Shown piece by piece: positions 59,548-64,000 of a stretch of DNA of 64,000 bases. The notes under the pieces were generated by a model. It had not been told where the DNA came from. It worked only from the letters and a program-made list of their open reading frames with translations, and did not search any database. Location: positions 1,056,001-1,120,000 of the forward strand of contig CAXXTH010000010.1 in NCBI GenBank assembly GCA_963668025.2, given 5' to 3'. The number at the start of each line of letters is the position of its first letter. Position 1 is the first letter of the stretch. Position numbers and translations under genes: made by a program. This stretch comes from Candidatus Hydrogenedentota bacterium (GTDB taxonomy: Bacteria; Hydrogenedentota; Hydrogenedentia; Hydrogenedentales; SLHB01).

Positions 59548-60590
59548 AAAAGAGAATTCTGTTGACGGTGGCGGCTATTTCTTTGGTCTTTAGCCTGGCT
59601 TCTTGCGGAAAACAGGCGGCTCCCGTCTCGGAGACGCCCAAAGCGAAAGACGCCCCGCCCACGGCGGCAGCCACGAAAACCCTCAAGATCGGCGTCATGC
59701 CCAAGCTGATCGGCATAGACTTCTTTAACGCGACCGAAGTAGGGGCACGCAAGGCAGGAGAAGAACTCGGCGTCGAGGTGGATTTCGATGGCCCCGTTAC
59801 GAGCGATGTCCAGCTCCAGGCCCAGATGCTCGAAACCTGGATCGCCAAAAAATACGACGCCATCGCCATTGCGCCAAACGATAAATCCGCCATCGCGCCG
59901 GTCCTCGAAAAGGCCCGCAAACGCGGCATTGCTGTTGTCTCATGGGACGCCGACGCGCTCCCCGAAGCCCGCGACTTTTTTGTGAACCAGTGCTCGGCGG
60001 CCAGCGTGGCGAAGGCGTTGATGGATGCGATGGCCGAAGGCGCGGGCCCGGACGCCAAGTATGTCATTATCACAGGCACGCTCACCGCGGACAATCAGAA
60101 CATTTGGATGGCTGAGATGGAGAAGTATCGCAGCGAGAAATATCCTCAAATGACCAACCTCTCCGAAACTCCTAAAGCGCCCGGCGAGGATCAGGCCATG
60201 GCCACGCAAGCGGCTGCCGATTGCCTCAAAACCTATCCCGATTTGAACGGCATATTCGCCATTACGACCGTGGCGCTGCCCGGTGCGGCCGAGGCCATTC
60301 GCAAGGCGGGAGCCACCGGCAAGGTGTTCCTTACAGGCATATCCACCCCAAAAATGATGAAAGAATACGTGCTCGATGGCACCGTCGAGAAGGTGGTGCT
60401 GTGGAACCCCGTGGACTTGGGCTATCTCGCCGTGCAAACCGCCGTGGCGGCAGCCCGGGGCGAGTTAAAGCCCGGCGCGGCGTCACTCAAAGCGGGCCAT
60501 CTGGGCGAAGTCAAAGTCGATGGCAGCGTAGTCATCCTCGGCGACCCGATTATATTTGATCGGACCAATATCGAAGCGGCCAATTTTTAG
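59544..60590 (+). CDS. Sugar ABC substrate-binding lipoprotein (rhamnose/AI-2 LsrB-like)
   Basis: Lipobox LAS|C, PKLIGIDFF, VSWDAD, NQNIW and LWNPVDLGY. Confidence 0.88.
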   Translation: MKKRILLTVAAISLVFSLASCGKQAAPVSETPKAKDAPPTAAATKTLKIGVMPKLIGIDFFNATEVGARKAGEELGVEVDFDGPVTSDVQLQAQMLETWIAKKYDAIAIAPNDKSAIAPVLEKARKRGIAVVSWDADALPEARDFFVNQCSAASVAKALMDAMAEGAGPDAKYVIITGTLTADNQNIWMAEMEKYRSEKYPQMTNLSETPKAPGEDQAMATQAAADCLKTYPDLNGIFAITTVALPGAAEAIRKAGATGKVFLTGISTPKMMKEYVLDGTVEKVVLWNPVDLGYLAVQTAVAAARGELKPGAASLKAGHLGEVKVDGSVVILGDPIIFDRTNIEAANF

Positions 60591-60605
60591 AATATCGCCA
60601 AATGA

Positions 60606-60636
60606 AATGGAGCCTTCCTGATTGGAAGGCTCCATT
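60606..60636. terminator. Bidirectional terminator hairpin
   Basis: AATGGAGCCTTCC-TGATT-GGAAGGCTCCATT between convergent genes. Confidence 0.7.
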
Positions 60637-60721
60637 CGCATTTGTAGCGATGGCGTATCATCATTCTCCCTGTGTTGGCCGGACAGGGCATGGAATTGAT
60701 CGGGTGATTGCCAATGAGCGG

Positions 60722-60874
60722 TTACGCTTCTTTTTCCATAATCATATCGACGAGTTTGTAGATGCTTGTTGCAACCGCTACGCCAGCGCCCAGATTCGAC
60801 AGCCACTGGGCTTTCGCCAGCAGATTTTCAGCTTGCGCGGGAGCTTCTTTGGAAATGATCGCCATGTGCTTCAT
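60722..60874 (-). CDS. Small hypothetical protein (50 aa)
   Basis: AGGAGA RBS 6-7 nt before ATG. MKHMAIISKEAPAQAENLLAKAQWLSNLGAGVAVATSIYKLVDMIMEKEA. Confidence 0.6.
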   Translation of the reverse strand: MKHMAIISKEAPAQAENLLAKAQWLSNLGAGVAVATSIYKLVDMIMEKEA

Positions 60875-60987
60875 CGTGTTTCTCCTATGTGCTTTTGTTT
60901 TCATTTTCATGCCTCGCCGCCAGTGTATGCCAAAACTGTTCATTTCGCTATATTTTTCCACTGTTGGCCTAGGCCGCGCCGTTTTCA

Positions 60988-62382
60988 CTAGAAGCTGAAG
61001 TAGAACCGCGTCGCGAACAAATCGATGCTGCCATGCGACAACCCATGCTCGATGTCCGCATGGATATAATTGAACATGATGCGGGTGTTCGGATTCAGGT
61101 ACCAATTCAGGCCTGCCGTGTAGTTTGTCTCTTCACCGCCCCACACCCCCGTGTCTTCCAGATCCACATACGAATAGCGCAACGCCAGCTCCCACGCGCC
61201 CATCCCTCCGTCTTTCATGCTGAAATTCTGGCTGGGCTTCGGGTTTTTGAATACGCCTTCTTTATATCCGCGATGCTCGCCCGTGATGAACCAGCTCGCC
61301 ATCACATAATAGCCGCCCAGGTTCACCGTGCCGGCATCCATCGTTTCGGTTTCAACGTAGGTGTATTCGCCCTGCAGCGAGAACGGCCCATAGACCAGCG
61401 CGGCTTCCACGTTATACATATTAATGGTGTCCGCCCAGAAATCGCGGTTTACAGTGTCGATAAGCGGATTGCGCGTATCGACATATCGGTATGCCGTGCC
61501 ATGGTATTCGGGACAGGTCTGAAAGCGATCACGGCCATCGGGATTCTGGAAAGTATAGCCTAAGCCCAAATGCAATAATTGTTCGCCGTTGTTTGCATAC
61601 CAGGGCGCACCCGCGACACGGGCTGCGGCATCCCAGCCGGTATCTTCGTCAAACTGCTCGCCGAACCTGCTCGAATCGTGCTTATATAGCGACACCGCCC
61701 AGCTCAAACGTTCTTCGAACAGGGAGTTGAACACCATCACGCCAGTTTGTCGATCCGGAGTGAACGCATCCGTCGGAAGCGCGACCTCTAGCAAATTCGA
61801 ATCGCTTAACCGATCTAGGCTAAACGGCTGAAAATATTTGCCTATCCGCAATCTAACATACGGGATATCCCTAAATTCGAGATAGAAATCTTTAAATTTC
61901 GCCAGACCGTCATTCGCGAAGTCATACAGCCATTTGAAATCGATGCTGTCGTACAGTGAACCCTCCAAATACACACGAGCGCGGCGGAATTCCACGCCAT
62001 CTTGGATATCGCCGCGCCACCAGGTGGAATTGCGCCCCTGGCTGGCCCAAAAAGAATCTAGCGCAACACTGCCGCCAAGCCGCAGTTTCACGGAACCGTC
62101 CGCCGTCTCGAAGCGGAGGCTGTCCTTCCAGAACACACTAAAGTCGTTGCCGTCCGGCTCAGCTTTGGCCAGTTTCTCCTCGAGCAGCGCGAGACGGTTT
62201 TCGAGCTGGGGAGAAGTTGTGCGCTGCTGTCCCACCTTAGCCTCGAGTGCTTCGACACGCGCTTTCAAGGACTCGATGGCCGCAAGGAGTTCTTTTTCGG
62301 TTGCCGGAACGTCCTGCTGGGCAAACGCGCCCGAGCCAGCCAAGAACACACTCAGAAGCGCTCCCCCTATGCTCTTCTTCAT
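60988..62382 (-). CDS. OprO/OprP-family (phosphate-selective-like) porin
   Basis: Signal peptide + coiled coil, EFRRAR, FSLQGEY, GYYVMASWFITGEHRGY, GAWELALRYSYVDL, GLNWYLNPNTRIMFNY and C-terminal Phe. Confidence 0.9.
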   Translation of the reverse strand: MKKSIGGALLSVFLAGSGAFAQQDVPATEKELLAAIESLKARVEALEAKVGQQRTTSPQLENRLALLEEKLAKAEPDGNDFSVFWKDSLRFETADGSVKLRLGGSVALDSFWASQGRNSTWWRGDIQDGVEFRRARVYLEGSLYDSIDFKWLYDFANDGLAKFKDFYLEFRDIPYVRLRIGKYFQPFSLDRLSDSNLLEVALPTDAFTPDRQTGVMVFNSLFEERLSWAVSLYKHDSSRFGEQFDEDTGWDAAARVAGAPWYANNGEQLLHLGLGYTFQNPDGRDRFQTCPEYHGTAYRYVDTRNPLIDTVNRDFWADTINMYNVEAALVYGPFSLQGEYTYVETETMDAGTVNLGGYYVMASWFITGEHRGYKEGVFKNPKPSQNFSMKDGGMGAWELALRYSYVDLEDTGVWGGEETNYTAGLNWYLNPNTRIMFNYIHADIEHGLSHGSIDLFATRFYFSF

Positions 62383-62657
62383 CCTTGCTCCCCCTCGACG
62401 CCCCCAACGTTTCCAGCTTCTCTTACGAAACAGATTATAGATGATTAAGCTGAAAAAAACTCGTTTTTGGCGGGGCAGCTTTTGGGGTGGCTGGATGGAT
62501 GGTTGATGCCAGCCTTCCTGGCGGTCTCGGCTGTAAGGAGATCCTCATGATGGCTTTTCGAACGGATGTATTTGGGAATCGATTCGTGTTATGCGATTAA
62601 CGTTAGGACAGCAGTCTTGACTCACATGGAATTTGCATAATATGAAATACAAATGAA

Positions 62658-64000
62658 TCAAGGTTCCTGTTCTTCGAGATATTTCAAATATTCCGGGAAA
62701 CCGATTTCTGCGAGACGGTTAACAATACTTTTGAGATTTTCTCGTGAAATGCCACCTTTCTTTAGCTTTTGGATAAGGTCGTTAATTTTCGCAGGAATAG
62801 ACAGTCTTCTCTCATTATTTGGAGTCTTTAAGAGATGGTTAATCAGTAAAGCCACGCTGTTGGCATGCGTCTCGCTAAGCTCGGACTTCGCAAAATCATG
62901 AATCACTCGTCCTATTCTCAAGGATATGGTAGGTGCTTTTAGTAAAACATCGACGGCATCGTCAAACACGAGAGGTAACGAAGGCAGCCAAGCAAGCATG
63001 TAACCATACTCGTCTGACGTTAGGGGCACGGGTGAACCCATTACTCGTTGTTGGCAGTATTTTTTAAGCCAGGAATTCCAGATTATCTTGGTTTTTGCTT
63101 CGCCCAGCCGAGGCAAATGCGTCGCAATGCTTTTCGCCATTTTTTCATGGAAGCTTTTCGGTCTTTTTTCGATGAAATCCCATAACCAATCTTCCAATGG
63201 ATTTAAAAGAAAATACAGCGAAATAAAGGCAATATGGTCCGAGAAGGATTCGATTCGCCAAGGTTGATTATCCGAAATATTGCTAATGGCCTCTTTATAT
63301 AATGGTCGCATTTGGTCAAAGATATCTAGTGATATCTGCCCAACATGAAGAAATCCATCCCACACTCGGTTGGCTTCTTCGCGATCTCGGTTAAAATCCA
63401 TCAAAGGTAAGAGATGCTCTATGGTCCATTCTCTATCGAGTGCGACGAACACATGTAGATATCCTGCAAGAATCACGCGCGCCATCGCCGTTTGTTCATT
63501 TCGCGCAACAAGCATTTTCACAAAAGCACCACGAAACTCTTCAGGAAACCGAAGTTCTGGATTTTCCGACGGGTAAGTTGTGCTTTTAAGCAAAGCATTA
63601 ATCCAGAATTCGGCAAGTAGTCCACCTGGCGTATTTATGGCTGTATTGAGCCAACTGCGGTTGGTTTCGACAGCACTGATCTCTTTCCCGTCATCGCAAT
63701 AGATATGAGCACTCACGATATGGCCAAATTCCAATGCCTCATTCTTTATTTGGGCAAAGTCTACTCGTTCCAGATGCGTTGATTTCTCTAGCAATTGCGT
63801 TGTCTCACGATTACTAATGGCGATGCTAGGGGCATTGTGTAGAATGGAGAAAATATTTTTATATTGGTTTGATGTAAGCTCAATGTGACTCCATCCAAGT
63901 ATAACAGATTCCCATATGTCAGATCTCAACATTTTGGTTTTGATAAATTCATTAACGAGCTCAATTGACCAATTATAGTGTTCTGTTATGCAAGTACATA
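62658..64000 (-). CDS. C-terminal part of a large AT-rich hypothetical protein (DUF4020-like, often fused to SIR2); gene starts beyond the window
   Basis: Frame is open to the window edge. WLNTAINTPGGLLAEFW, LDREWTIEHLLPL, VWDGFL and WNSWLKKY. Visibly lower GC than its neighbours. Confidence 0.5.
   Translation of the reverse strand, partial: CTCITEHYNWSIELVNEFIKTKMLRSDIWESVILGWSHIELTSNQYKNIFSILHNAPSIAISNRETTQLLEKSTHLERVDFAQIKNEALEFGHIVSAHIYCDDGKEISAVETNRSWLNTAINTPGGLLAEFWINALLKSTTYPSENPELRFPEEFRGAFVKMLVARNEQTAMARVILAGYLHVFVALDREWTIEHLLPLMDFNRDREEANRVWDGFLHVGQISLDIFDQMRPLYKEAISNISDNQPWRIESFSDHIAFISLYFLLNPLEDWLWDFIEKRPKSFHEKMAKSIATHLPRLGEAKTKIIWNSWLKKYCQQRVMGSPVPLTSDEYGYMLAWLPSLPLVFDDAVDVLLKAPTISLRIGRVIHDFAKSELSETHANSVALLINHLLKTPNNERRLSIPAKINDLIQKLKKGGISRENLKSIVNRLAEIGFPEYLKYLEEQEP

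Noticed and set aside
62590-62620. Possible Pho box upstream of the OprO/P porin
   Set aside because: There is only one weak half-site (CTGTCCTA on the minus strand) and no 11-bp-spaced repeat.

Overview
Bacterial chromosomal window. Its pilin-like proteins ([18 protein letters not shown]...[16 protein letters not shown]) and C-terminal anchors suggest Candidatus Hydrogenedentes or a similar lineage; this is an inference. Layout: (1) 1-3.9 kb is the end of a prophage-like element next to the 3' end of tRNA-Val(GAC). It holds a tape-measure C-terminus, an HK97 gp10-like gene, a terminator, a complete IS (17-bp IRs, 7-bp TSD) and higBA. (2) 4-16 kb holds a giant GH36-like/malectin protein, an M24 peptidase-like gene, pgeF, carA, a GT2-GT4 fusion and an SDR. 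(3) About 16-60.6 kb is a mosaic carbohydrate-utilisation region with LacI/AraC regulators, URO-D/MtaA-like proteins, a sugar porter, GH127, GH32-like, GH78 and beta-propeller GH enzymes, fucose-isomerase-like genes, a sugar epimerase and a rhamnose/AI-2-type ABC transporter. Four paralogous prepilin-type DUF1559/H-X9-DG genes and two C-terminally anchored surface proteins are spread across these modules, and no SusC/SusD or TonB-dependent receptor is present. This pilin-centred PUL-like architecture is the best candidate for an under-described system. The region also shows internal duplications, a chimeric pseudogene and a 20-bp inverted repeat pair. (4) The right end has a 50-aa orphan peptide, an OprO/P-type porin and the C-terminal part of an AT-rich, possibly defence-related protein. 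Family calls come from motif recognition by eye, not database searches.
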